Source of the DNA: Nitrososphaeria archaeon
GTDB lineage: Archaea > Thermoproteota > Nitrososphaeria > Nitrososphaerales > JAAOZN01
Assembly (NCBI GenBank): GCA_029775855.1
Contig: JARVJZ010000002.1
Location: 64,001 to 128,000 of the forward strand
Reading direction: 5' to 3'
Length of the DNA: 64,000 nucleotides
Part shown: positions 36,602 to 45,708 of the stretch, in pieces
Numbering within the stretch: the stretch's first letter is position 1
Layout of the letters: every line of letters begins with the position of its first letter
Notes under the pieces: model-generated
Told to the model about the DNA's origin: nothing
The model's database searches: none
What the model saw: the letters and a program-made list of their open reading frames with translations, nothing else
Position numbers and translations under genes: made by a program

Positions 36602-37396
36602 TTATTTACCAAACCTTCTGTCGCGCTGCTGATAAATTCTTATAGCCCTCATGAGGTCTATCTTCCTGAACTCTGGCCAAAAGACATCTAAGAAGACCAA
36701 CTCGCTGTATGCTGACTGCCATAGAAGAAAGCCGCTAAGCCGCTCCTCCCCGGATGTTCTAATGATCAGGTCTGGTTCTGGATGTGGTAAGTGGGATGTA
36801 TAGAGGTAGCGTTCTATTGTTGCAGTGTTTATGCTGGAGGTGTCGAGTTTACCAGCCTTTACATCTTCGCATATCTTCTTAACAGCTTCTACAATCTCGA
36901 TTCTTCCCCCGTATGCTAACGCTATGTTGAGGAAGTGTTGGTCATAGTTCGCCGTGCTCCTCTCAACCTCATCAAGGATAGATCGGATGCTTTCAGGGAG
37001 TAGGTCCTTTTTACCAATACCCTTTACTCTGACTTTATATTTGTGTATACGCTCATCTCTGAGAAGCTCTTTTAGCTTTTCTTCTATGATAGCGAATAGT
37101 TCATCAACTTCTTCCTTCGGTCTGTTAAAGTTTTCTGTTGAAAAGGCGTAAATAGTAACGCTTTCTACACCCAGTTTATAACACCAGTCCAGCAGATTTT
37201 TAGCGTTTTCAGCACCAAAATAGTGCCCCAGTTTTGTAGGCAAGGATTTTTCTCTAGCCCACCTTCTATTTCCATCTAAGATAAGGCCGATATGTTTTGG
37301 CTTCTCTTTTTTGGATATCTGGCGTTCAAGGTATCGAGAATATATCTTATAAGCACCTAGTAGCCTCAGAAGCATTCTTAACACACTCTCACCCAC
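36602..37396 (-). CDS. uppS: cis-polyprenyl diphosphate synthase
   Basis: ILDGNRRWA, FSTENFNR and IRTSGEERLSGFLLWQ motifs. Confidence 0.95.
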   Translation of the reverse strand: MGESVLRMLLRLLGAYKIYSRYLERQISKKEKPKHIGLILDGNRRWAREKSLPTKLGHYFGAENAKNLLDWCYKLGVESVTIYAFSTENFNRPKEEVDELFAIIEEKLKELLRDERIHKYKVRVKGIGKKDLLPESIRSILDEVERSTANYDQHFLNIALAYGGRIEIVEAVKKICEDVKAGKLDTSSINTATIERYLYTSHLPHPEPDLIIRTSGEERLSGFLLWQSAYSELVFLDVFWPEFRKIDLMRAIRIYQQRDRRFGK

Positions 37397-38498
37397 GCAA
37401 CCGCTTTACGATGATATATTGGTAGACTAAGGATACAACCAAAAAGAGGATAGCCAACCCTATTAGTAGTAGTGATATAAGATAAGCTGGGCTACCCTTA
37501 CCTAAGAGTATCAGTGATATCTGAGTCATAGGAAAGTAGAGCAGCAGTAAGATAAGCAGCGTCGTAGCAGTCCTCACAAGCTTATAACTCTGCCTAATCC
37601 AGTGATATAGCACTGAACCAGCCAAGAAAACTCCAAACCCTATCCAGATTAGATTAACAGTCTCCTGCAGAAAAAGCCCTATAAGGTATGGCCCATATTC
37701 AAAGAAAAGCTCCGGTCGAACAACGATCTTAGCGTATTCTGGTGTGCCGCTTATAGTGGTAAACCCAACATACAGCGACGAGATAAGTATAAGGACCGCC
37801 GCTAATGTTGAAAATAGCCTTAAGTATCCAGAGGGTCTCATCTGAGTTAAAGCTGAAGCGAGCTTATCTAAATCAAAACCTCTAACAACAAACGCTAAGC
37901 CCAATATAAGTAGAGAAGCAGCTATAGCTTCAGCAGTTTTGCCTAAAACAGTTAAAATACCGAATGTAAGAAGCAGTACACCAGGAACTCCTAGAAAGAA
38001 CCTTGAATACCTTGGGTCGTAGATGAGCATCTTAAGGTACTTTGACAGAATTATGTAGGATGCTTCGACGCTTTCACTATGTTTTATGACGACTCTGCGT
38101 ACAGATATGACGGGCTTAAGGTTCTGGATGATTGGTATTACAAATTCGTCTTCCGCCCCATCTGAGACAAAGACGATGCCATCAACCTTATATGAGTTGA
38201 GTATGCTCTTTGTTTCCTGCATTATCTTCTCGTCTGCTTCAACCCCTCTCTTTTGTGTACCAGCAACAATCGCTACTTCAGCTAAATATCCCTTATGTGT
38301 TAGATCATCGTGCTCCTTTACAGCGGCGAAAACGGTGTTAGCATCTGCTTCCTCAGGGTCGGCTAAAGCCAGCCTTGTTGCAGCTACTATGCATTTGTCT
38401 CTTCCTACAATGGGGGTAGGTAAGCCGGTCTTTGCGCCTATATCATTGTCTCTATCGATACATAAGACGAGTAGCGTAGGCTTGCCTTCTTTTTCCAA
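37389..38498 (-). CDS. DUF373 family membrane protein
   Basis: LCIDRDNDIG, DPEEADAN and VSDGAEDE motifs; C-terminal TMs; adjacent to uppS. Confidence 0.88.
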   Translation of the reverse strand: MEKEGKPTLLVLCIDRDNDIGAKTGLPTPIVGRDKCIVAATRLALADPEEADANTVFAAVKEHDDLTHKGYLAEVAIVAGTQKRGVEADEKIMQETKSILNSYKVDGIVFVSDGAEDEFVIPIIQNLKPVISVRRVVIKHSESVEASYIILSKYLKMLIYDPRYSRFFLGVPGVLLLTFGILTVLGKTAEAIAASLLILGLAFVVRGFDLDKLASALTQMRPSGYLRLFSTLAAVLILISSLYVGFTTISGTPEYAKIVVRPELFFEYGPYLIGLFLQETVNLIWIGFGVFLAGSVLYHWIRQSYKLVRTATTLLILLLLYFPMTQISLILLGKGSPAYLISLLLIGLAILFLVVSLVYQYIIVKRLRG

Positions 38499-38531
38499 CC
38501 TTTTCCCAAAAGCTTTACTTGGCTCTACTAC

Positions 38532-39401
38532 TTAAGTGATTTCATCTTCAGGATTTAGTAGAAGTTTCAATTCGTCTAAACCGACCTTCTTTCCTTCTAG
38601 AAAGCGGCTCTTAATATCTTCTTTTAGTTTGCTTATCTCTTTCTCCATCTTTTCTTGAGCCTTCTTCGCTTCTTCTAAGCGTCTTGCTTCGATGATCTCC
38701 CTACGCTTCGCTACGCTGGCTTTGAGCTGGGTTTGTAGAAGGTTAAGTTGCTGCTCTCTTTCTTGTATGGCTTGGTCTAACCGCTTTAAGTCACTTTGTT
38801 GGTCTTTCAATCTTTCAAGTAGTTTAATTATAGCATCTTTTGCCAAAGCTATCTTCTTTTTCGTGTCGTCAATCTTTGCCCTAATTTCCTTCATCTTCGT
38901 ATTGAGGTTAGAGGATTCTAAAGAGAGCTGCTTCATCTTTTCTAAAGCTGCTTCTGTCTGTTTAAGTTCAGCCTTCTTCATGTGCAGCTCCTTTATTCTT
39001 AGCAACAAATTCTTTTCTTGGTCTCTGGTAAGCCTCTCTGTCTGAAGCCTCCATTCTAACTCAGCTATAGAGCGCTCTATGTCGTGTGATGTCTTTTCTC
39101 TGTGGGTTCTGCTTGTGATGTCTCTTTTGGTTTGTGAAAGAGCTTCGACCGCCTCTTGAACCCTCGATTCAATATTTCTGCTCTCCTCTATCAACTGTTT
39201 TAGCTCATTTATCCCCGTGTCTCTTAGGTTTCTTTGCTCTTTTAGTTGATTACGTATTTCTTTAAGGTTTGTTATTACATTTCTTCGTTCTTCTCTAATT
39301 CCTTTGAGGTCTTCTATGACTCTCCTTTTTTCCTGCGTTAGATTGGCGATTTTGTCTTCTAAGAGCTTCAGTTCAGGGTTCACTCGGGGCTCGGTCATCA
39401 C
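38532..39401 (-). CDS. archaeal long coiled-coil protein (COG1340-like)
   Basis: All-heptad sequence with LEWRLQTERL and GKKVGLDEL. Confidence 0.75.
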   Translation of the reverse strand: MMTEPRVNPELKLLEDKIANLTQEKRRVIEDLKGIREERRNVITNLKEIRNQLKEQRNLRDTGINELKQLIEESRNIESRVQEAVEALSQTKRDITSRTHREKTSHDIERSIAELEWRLQTERLTRDQEKNLLLRIKELHMKKAELKQTEAALEKMKQLSLESSNLNTKMKEIRAKIDDTKKKIALAKDAIIKLLERLKDQQSDLKRLDQAIQEREQQLNLLQTQLKASVAKRREIIEARRLEEAKKAQEKMEKEISKLKEDIKSRFLEGKKVGLDELKLLLNPEDEIT

Positions 39402-39531
39402 TACACCTTTCTAAACAAGTAGAATTAACCGTTTCTATATAGCAAGATGTTATAAGGGAGGCTTAATTTGATATTAGGTTACTAGATAATCTGACCAGCG
39501 CCGCCTATATTAGTGTGTGTTTACAAGGTAG

Positions 39532-40095
39532 ATGCGCATAGGTTTGGTTAAAAGAATCTGGCTGCTCACCGGAGAACCAGGCTCGGGAAAGACGACCGCA
39601 ATAATGAAGATTGTGAACACCGTAAGAGCAAAGGGTTACTCCATAGGAGGGGTTGTCTCCTTAGAGAAGCGAGTTAAAGGGATTAGGATGGGCTTTGATA
39701 TAGTAGATCTACTTTCAGGCAACAGAGTCATATTAGCCTCGGTTGAGCAGAAGATGGGTCCTAGAGTAGGCAAATATAGGGTTAATCTTAAGGGGTTATC
39801 AGATTTGGCTGCAAAGGCGCTTATTGAGGCTGCACAGCGATGCGACTTAATTGTATGTGATGAAATTGGACCGATGGAGATGGCAAGCCCAGAGTTTCGA
39901 AAGGCGGTTAAAGAAGCTGTCTCGTCAGGTAAGCCAATAATAGGTGTAATACATAAGCATCTCCGTGACCCTCTCGCTGATGAACTAAGGGCTTCTGAAG
40001 ATGTAGAAGTTGTAGAGATAGACCTCTACAACTCAGATGAGATAGTCTCAAAGATCTCGGAAGTGGTGCTTAACCTACTTGGTGAAAAAGGTTGA
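39532..40095 (+). CDS. nucleoside-triphosphatase (THEP1/NTPCR family)
   Basis: TGEPGSGKTT, VGKYRV and DEIGPME motifs. Confidence 0.9.
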   Translation: MRIGLVKRIWLLTGEPGSGKTTAIMKIVNTVRAKGYSIGGVVSLEKRVKGIRMGFDIVDLLSGNRVILASVEQKMGPRVGKYRVNLKGLSDLAAKALIEAAQRCDLIVCDEIGPMEMASPEFRKAVKEAVSSGKPIIGVIHKHLRDPLADELRASEDVEVVEIDLYNSDEIVSKISEVVLNLLGEKG

Positions 40096-40745
40096 GTAAA
40101 AAGTTAGTCGGCGGAGTTGATGACGCTGGTAGAGGGTGCATCATAGGACCTCTAGTCTTGGCTGGTGTAGCCTTAGAGGAGGGTAAAGTAGATAAGCTTA
40201 CTGAGATAGGTGTCAGAGACTCTAAAACACTTTCACCAGCGGCTAGAACCAAAATCTACTCGTTGATTAAGAAAGTAGCTGATAGAGTTGTTACAGTTAA
40301 AGTTCCGCCTGAAGAAGTCGATAAATATGTCATACGCCGAAAGAAGTTTGTAAGGCTAAACCTCTTGGAAGCAGAAGCTGCAGCTAGAGTTATCGAAGAA
40401 CTTGGCGCTGAAGTAGTCTATGTGGATGCTTCAGACACAGACCCTATACGCTTTAGAAACAATATACTTGCTTCACTAAAGCGGAAAGTTGTGGTAATTT
40501 CGGAGCACGCTGCTGATAGAACATACCCAGTTGTTTCAGCAGCATCTATAGTAGCAAAAGTGGAGCGTGATGCTGAAATCTCCATTCTACGAGAGAAGTA
40601 TGGAGATTTTGGAAGCGGATACCCTGCTGATCCTTCTACGATATCCTTTCTCAGAGATTGGTTGATAAAGTATGGTGATATGCCTCCTTTCGCTAGGAGA
40701 AGCTGGAGAACTTGGAAGCGATTAGTGGATGGAAGGCTTGTTTAG
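40092..40745 (+). CDS. rnhB: ribonuclease HII
   Basis: GVDDAGRG, RDSK, SAASIVAKVERD and GSGYPAD motifs. Confidence 0.94.
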   Translation: MSKKLVGGVDDAGRGCIIGPLVLAGVALEEGKVDKLTEIGVRDSKTLSPAARTKIYSLIKKVADRVVTVKVPPEEVDKYVIRRKKFVRLNLLEAEAAARVIEELGAEVVYVDASDTDPIRFRNNILASLKRKVVVISEHAADRTYPVVSAASIVAKVERDAEISILREKYGDFGSGYPADPSTISFLRDWLIKYGDMPPFARRSWRTWKRLVDGRLV

Positions 40746-40747
40746 AT

Positions 40748-41170
40748 TTACATCTGACGCTGAAGCGATGAGAGCGCCGTGAATACTTCTAAGGTCTTTT
40801 CAGCTAACTCAGTTTGTGTTATTCTACCTATTATCTTCCCGCCTTCAGTAACATAGAGTCTCCTTACACCTTTAGTAGTCATGAGTTGAAGCGCCTCACC
40901 AAGCGGTCTATCTGCTTCAATAGTTATCAGAGGACTGCTCATCAACTTCTCCACAGGGGTCTTACTCGGATCATAGCCTTTCATTACACATCGTCTTATG
41001 AAGTCTCTTTCGGTCATCACACCTACTATAACTCCTTTGTCAGTCACCAGAACAGACCAAACACCGTTATCCAACATCAGCTTGAGAGCCTCGATGGCTG
41101 GCCTATCCTTCTCAATCTTAACCAGTTTGGTATCCATAGCATCCTTAACTCTAACGGTAAGCGGCGCCAA
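40748..41170 (-). CDS. CBS-pair protein
   Basis: Tandem CBS motifs (GVMTERD, MSSPLITI, GRITQT). Confidence 0.9.
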   Translation of the reverse strand: MAPLTVRVKDAMDTKLVKIEKDRPAIEALKLMLDNGVWSVLVTDKGVIVGVMTERDFIRRCVMKGYDPSKTPVEKLMSSPLITIEADRPLGEALQLMTTKGVRRLYVTEGGKIIGRITQTELAEKTLEVFTALSSLQRQM

Positions 41171-41233
41171 ATATCTTCACACCAATACCTATACAATACT
41201 TGCATAAGTTTTTTACGCCGGTATACAGCGTTG

Positions 41234-42247
41234 CTACTTAGTGTGAAGGTAGCACGCTACACGCCTGCTACCCTTAATCTCAATAAGTTGGGGCTCCTCA
41301 ACTTCGCACTTACCTTTAATAAGATAAGGACATCGAGGATGAAATCTACAACCAGAAGGAGGCGATACTGCGCTCGGCGGCTCACCGGCAGGCACATTCC
41401 TATACCGTTTTCTATTCTCAGGATTAGGATCTGGTATAGCTGATACTAAGGCTTGCGTGTATGGGTGCAGAGGCTCTTTAAGAATTTCTCTAGTAGGTCC
41501 AGATTCAACGATTTTACCAGCATACATTATGTAGAGGGTTTGTGAAAAGTATTTAATGGTAGCGAGGTCGTGTGTGATGTAGATAAGACTAGTTTTATAT
41601 TTTTCTTGTAACCCTTTGAGCAGATCCATAATTTCAACTCTTACAGAAGCGTCGAGCATGCTTACAGGTTCATCCGCTACTATGAGTTTTGGTTTAAGTA
41701 TCATAGCTCTGGCTATTGCTACTCTCTGTCTTTGCCCTCCTGAGAGCATATGAGGATGCTTTGATGCAAACATTTCTGGCGGTTCCAGTTTGACATCTGC
41801 CAACGCTTGGTTAACCATTTCTTTCATCTCACTATAGTGTTTTGCTATGTTGTGTATAGACAGCGGCTCTGATAATATACGCTCCACCGTGAAGAATGGA
41901 TTTAGGCTTCCAAATGGGTCTTGATATATGATCTGCGCCTCTCTTCTATACCACTTCAACTGATCTTCATTCAAGTTATCGATTCTTCTACTATCGTAAA
42001 GTATTTCACCTGAGATAGGTTTGTATAGCCTTAGAAGAGTCTTACCTAAGGTCGTCTTGCCAGAGCCAGACTCTCCTACTACAGCAACAGACTCCCCTTT
42101 GCCAACATCTACACTAACCCCATCCACCGCCTTAACATAAACAGACTTACCCACTATTCCTCTGCCTATACTAAACCAAGTCTTAACATCTTTTGCTTGC
42201 AGAAGCAAAGTTTCCGCAGGCATTAAACCCTCTCCCACAGTAGACAA
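41234..42247 (-). CDS. oligopeptide ABC transporter ATPase (OppF/DppF)
   Basis: GESGSGKT, LSGGQRQR and C-terminal GCRFHPRCP. Confidence 0.93.
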   Translation of the reverse strand: MSTVGEGLMPAETLLLQAKDVKTWFSIGRGIVGKSVYVKAVDGVSVDVGKGESVAVVGESGSGKTTLGKTLLRLYKPISGEILYDSRRIDNLNEDQLKWYRREAQIIYQDPFGSLNPFFTVERILSEPLSIHNIAKHYSEMKEMVNQALADVKLEPPEMFASKHPHMLSGGQRQRVAIARAMILKPKLIVADEPVSMLDASVRVEIMDLLKGLQEKYKTSLIYITHDLATIKYFSQTLYIMYAGKIVESGPTREILKEPLHPYTQALVSAIPDPNPENRKRYRNVPAGEPPSAVSPPSGCRFHPRCPYLIKGKCEVEEPQLIEIKGSRRVACYLHTK

Positions 42248-43185
42248 GAGACATAATGTTCGGATGAAACCTTTACTGGTTCAGGCTCTCTAACTTTACA
42301 AACATCCATAACATAAGGGCAGCGGGGATGGAACCTACATCCTGGTGGTGGATAAGCTAGATCCGGAGGTGAGCCTGGGATAAACTCTAGTTTGGCATCT
42401 TCTAGGAGCTTCGGCGTCGCGGCTAGAAGCTTTTGTGTATAAGGATGTTTTGGCGCCGTCAAAATTGAAACTATATCACCTAATTCAACAACCTTACCCG
42501 CATACATGACAGCTATGTAGTCGCTGAGTTCACTTGAAAGACCTAAGTCATGGGTTATGAATATGTATGTGAGGTTTAGTTCCTCTTGAAGCCTCTTCAA
42601 AAGATTGATTATATTAGCTTGAGTTATAACATCTAAGGCTGAAGTCGGTTCATCTAAAATAAGAAACTTAGGTCTTAAGCTTAGCGCAGTCGCGATAACA
42701 ACACGCTGCTTCATGCCACCACTGAGCTCATGAGGATACTTATCCAATAAGGAATTAGGAAGCCTTACAAGCTCCAAGAGCTCGGCGGCACGCTTCAGCG
42801 CCTCTAGTTTATCCAAACCCAAGTGTATGGTAAAAGGTTCAGCCAGCTGTTCGCCTATATTAAGTACTGGGTTAAGAGAATTCATGGCGCCTTGAAAAAC
42901 CATAGCCATCTTCTTTAGCCAGAAGTCTCTTCTTAAATCGTTCTCTGTAAGATCCATAAGGTTTTTGCCATCAAATATCAGCTCTCCACAATAGGTATGA
43001 GTGTTCCTTGGGAGTAGCCGCATTATAGCGTAAGCCATAGAACTCTTTCCACAGCCAGATTCACCTACTAAAGAAAGGCAGCTTCCCTCTTTAAGATCGA
43101 AGCTTACACCGTCAACGGCTTTAACGACACCGCGTCTGGTTCGGTAGTAAAGTGTTAGACCCTTCAAGGATAATAAAACACTCAT
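42223..43185 (-). CDS. oligopeptide ABC transporter ATPase (OppD/DppD)
   Basis: GESGCGKS, LSGGMKQR and GCRFHPRCP. Confidence 0.93.
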   Translation of the reverse strand: MSVLLSLKGLTLYYRTRRGVVKAVDGVSFDLKEGSCLSLVGESGCGKSSMAYAIMRLLPRNTHTYCGELIFDGKNLMDLTENDLRRDFWLKKMAMVFQGAMNSLNPVLNIGEQLAEPFTIHLGLDKLEALKRAAELLELVRLPNSLLDKYPHELSGGMKQRVVIATALSLRPKFLILDEPTSALDVITQANIINLLKRLQEELNLTYIFITHDLGLSSELSDYIAVMYAGKVVELGDIVSILTAPKHPYTQKLLAATPKLLEDAKLEFIPGSPPDLAYPPPGCRFHPRCPYVMDVCKVREPEPVKVSSEHYVSCLLWERV

Positions 43186-44597
43186 TCTTCTCTTAACCTC
43201 GGATTCAAAACCTTATCCAAGGAATACCACAGCAATGCGAAGGCTGTGCTAACAAGTACTATGAATATTGATGGTATAAGGATCCACCACCAATATCCAT
43301 AATATGCTGCACCGCCTGAAAAGGCTTCACTGATGATCTTACCCCAAGTGGGTAATGCTGGGTCGCCTAGGCCTAGTATGCTTAAGCTAGCCTCTAGGAA
43401 TACATATGCAGGCACTGAGACTGTTATGTTGGCGAATGTGTAGGGCAGTAGTCTTGGGAGTATGTAGAGGAATAGGATTCTGGGTCTGCTTGCCCCATAA
43501 GACTTCGCAGCTTCAATATATGGCTCTTCGCGTATCTGTAATGCCATGCTTCTAACAGACTTCGTTACCCCTCCAAATAGAGATAGAGCTATTACTGCTA
43601 TAAGCAGAGTCCAAATTGTGGTTTTATAAATAAACTGAATCGTTATGAGAAGGGATAGAAAGGGCAGAACAAGATAGATGTCTGTAACTCTTTGTATAAT
43701 CTCGTCAACCCTAGAGCCGTAGAAACCGCTTATAGCCCCAAATACAGCTTGAACAAGGGTCACAACTAAAGCGGCTACTAAGCCAAATGCTAAGGCAATA
43801 GGTGCGCCCCAAACTATACCCACAAATATGTCACGCCTCATATTATCTGTGCCACAAAGACCATACACTGAGCCCAGAAGATTAAGCTGAGCGTTCACAT
43901 CGAAGAACTTACTCTCAGATACACCTTCAACCACAAGCTCATACGGTCTAGAAGGCTTCACATCACTAGACTTAAGGAGCTTGGCTGTACCTTTCAATAA
44001 AGAATCTTCGCTCGAAAATAAAACTTCTCCAACCGATAATGTAGATGGTGCAGCTAACTTTTGGAGATACGCTTGCACATTCTCAAAAACAGTTCTGTCC
44101 CTATAAGTGAATACGCTCTTCTGACCAGCTTCAACCGCTTCTCTGAGAAGCAAGACACTACTTCCATCTGGTCTGACCCACCTTACTGTGAGTAATGACC
44201 TCGTCTCAGAAATGATCTCTAGGTTTAGATTTACCTCCGTTGGTATGGTATCATAATTGTAAGTTATCCGAGCCCTAAGTTCTATTTTTGTAGTATTGAG
44301 CCCTGCAACCTTCTGTACATCCTTTCTGAAGTCTTCTTGCTTAATTATAACAGTCTTTAAAGAGTTTTGGCCGGTAAAGATCGTAACCCACTCCGGCGCA
44401 GCAAGCCTCGGTTTATCAAGCCAAGCTTGCGGATCATTCCACTTTTCTATTATATTTTCTGGTGAGAAGACAGCAACCATTGATATCAATAATATGGACG
44501 CTAAGATTATTATGCCAGCAAGCCCGCTTTTTGAATGAGAGACTTCGTATGCAACCGACTTTAAACCAACCGGCGCACTACTCACAAAATCACCCAA
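43182..44597 (-). CDS. oligopeptide ABC transporter permease (OppC/DppC) with a large extracellular loop
   Basis: GTDNMRRD and the EAA motif YIEAAKSYGAS. Confidence 0.92.
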   Translation of the reverse strand: MGDFVSSAPVGLKSVAYEVSHSKSGLAGIIILASILLISMVAVFSPENIIEKWNDPQAWLDKPRLAAPEWVTIFTGQNSLKTVIIKQEDFRKDVQKVAGLNTTKIELRARITYNYDTIPTEVNLNLEIISETRSLLTVRWVRPDGSSVLLLREAVEAGQKSVFTYRDRTVFENVQAYLQKLAAPSTLSVGEVLFSSEDSLLKGTAKLLKSSDVKPSRPYELVVEGVSESKFFDVNAQLNLLGSVYGLCGTDNMRRDIFVGIVWGAPIALAFGLVAALVVTLVQAVFGAISGFYGSRVDEIIQRVTDIYLVLPFLSLLITIQFIYKTTIWTLLIAVIALSLFGGVTKSVRSMALQIREEPYIEAAKSYGASRPRILFLYILPRLLPYTFANITVSVPAYVFLEASLSILGLGDPALPTWGKIISEAFSGGAAYYGYWWWILIPSIFIVLVSTAFALLWYSLDKVLNPRLREE

Positions 44598-45651
44598 CCT
44601 TCACTCTAGGATCTAATACACCGTAGATTATATCCAGTATTAGAACAGTCGCTACAAGCAGATATGCATAGACTACAGCAGCGCCGATAACAACTGGTGC
44701 ATCTGTAGATAATATTGCTAGATTGAGCAGGTTGCCTATACCCGGCCAACCAAAAACTACTTCCGTGATTATAGCGCCTTGCCATGAAGCGATTAGAGCT
44801 AAAGCTACATTGGTTATTATAGGTGGCATAGATGGTCTGAGAACATATTTTCTCAGCACCATACCTTCAGATAAACCTTTGGCTTTAGCCATAGTAACGA
44901 AGTCTTCACCTATAGTCTGTATGACGATATTTCTAGTTATGTAAGCCCAGAACGGAAAGGAAGCAATGATCCAAGTTATAAGTGGTAAAACCATATGATA
45001 CATAACATCAAGGGCATAAAGCAGAGGATCTGTAGGAGAGGGAACACTTACGAAACCGCCAAACGGGAAGAGCCTTATGTAGAAAGCAAATAAAAGCAAG
45101 AAGATGATAGCGAAGAACCAAGGCGGTATAACACCAGTTACCACAGCCAGCATGGTCATAAATCGGTCAAATAGACCCCCTGGTTTCCTAGCCATAACTA
45201 AACCTACAAGGATACCCAACACGCTATAGATTATTGTAGCTGTTGTGAAAAGGGCGACTGTTGCTGGTAATCTTTCCATTATTATGTCAACGACAGCCCT
45301 TGACCCTGTGTTACTCTTTATCACAAGAGCTTGACCTAGCCTTAGTGTTAACGCATCAACCAAATATATGAAACTTCTTACGATGAAGGGTTTATCTAAA
45401 CCTTTAGCTTGTATTGCTAGGTTTATCCTCTGCTCTAACATCTTTTCTCTTTCCTCTTCAGGAAGCCTATTAAATGACGGATCTCTGCTTAGTGTGGATG
45501 ATACATCAAACCTAATTTGACTTGCCAATATCTGATCTACTAGCCCGCCCCCGTTTGCAATAACTACTGTAAGATAAGTTGCCACAATTAGTGTTATGGC
45601 TAACAAAGAAATCCTCTTTGCAAAGTATTTTTTAGAGAATCCCACAAACAA
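44590..45651 (-). CDS. oligopeptide ABC transporter permease (OppB/DppB)
   Basis: FVTMAKAKGL, EVVFGWPGIG and LDPRV motifs. Confidence 0.92.
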   Translation of the reverse strand: MFVGFSKKYFAKRISLLAITLIVATYLTVVIANGGGLVDQILASQIRFDVSSTLSRDPSFNRLPEEEREKMLEQRINLAIQAKGLDKPFIVRSFIYLVDALTLRLGQALVIKSNTGSRAVVDIIMERLPATVALFTTATIIYSVLGILVGLVMARKPGGLFDRFMTMLAVVTGVIPPWFFAIIFLLLFAFYIRLFPFGGFVSVPSPTDPLLYALDVMYHMVLPLITWIIASFPFWAYITRNIVIQTIGEDFVTMAKAKGLSEGMVLRKYVLRPSMPPIITNVALALIASWQGAIITEVVFGWPGIGNLLNLAILSTDAPVVIGAAVVYAYLLVATVLILDIIYGVLDPRVKVG

Positions 45652-45708
45652 CCACTCTTTAATCTGCTTATTAAAGTTTAAATAGAAACATTAACCGAGA
45701 GTATTGTC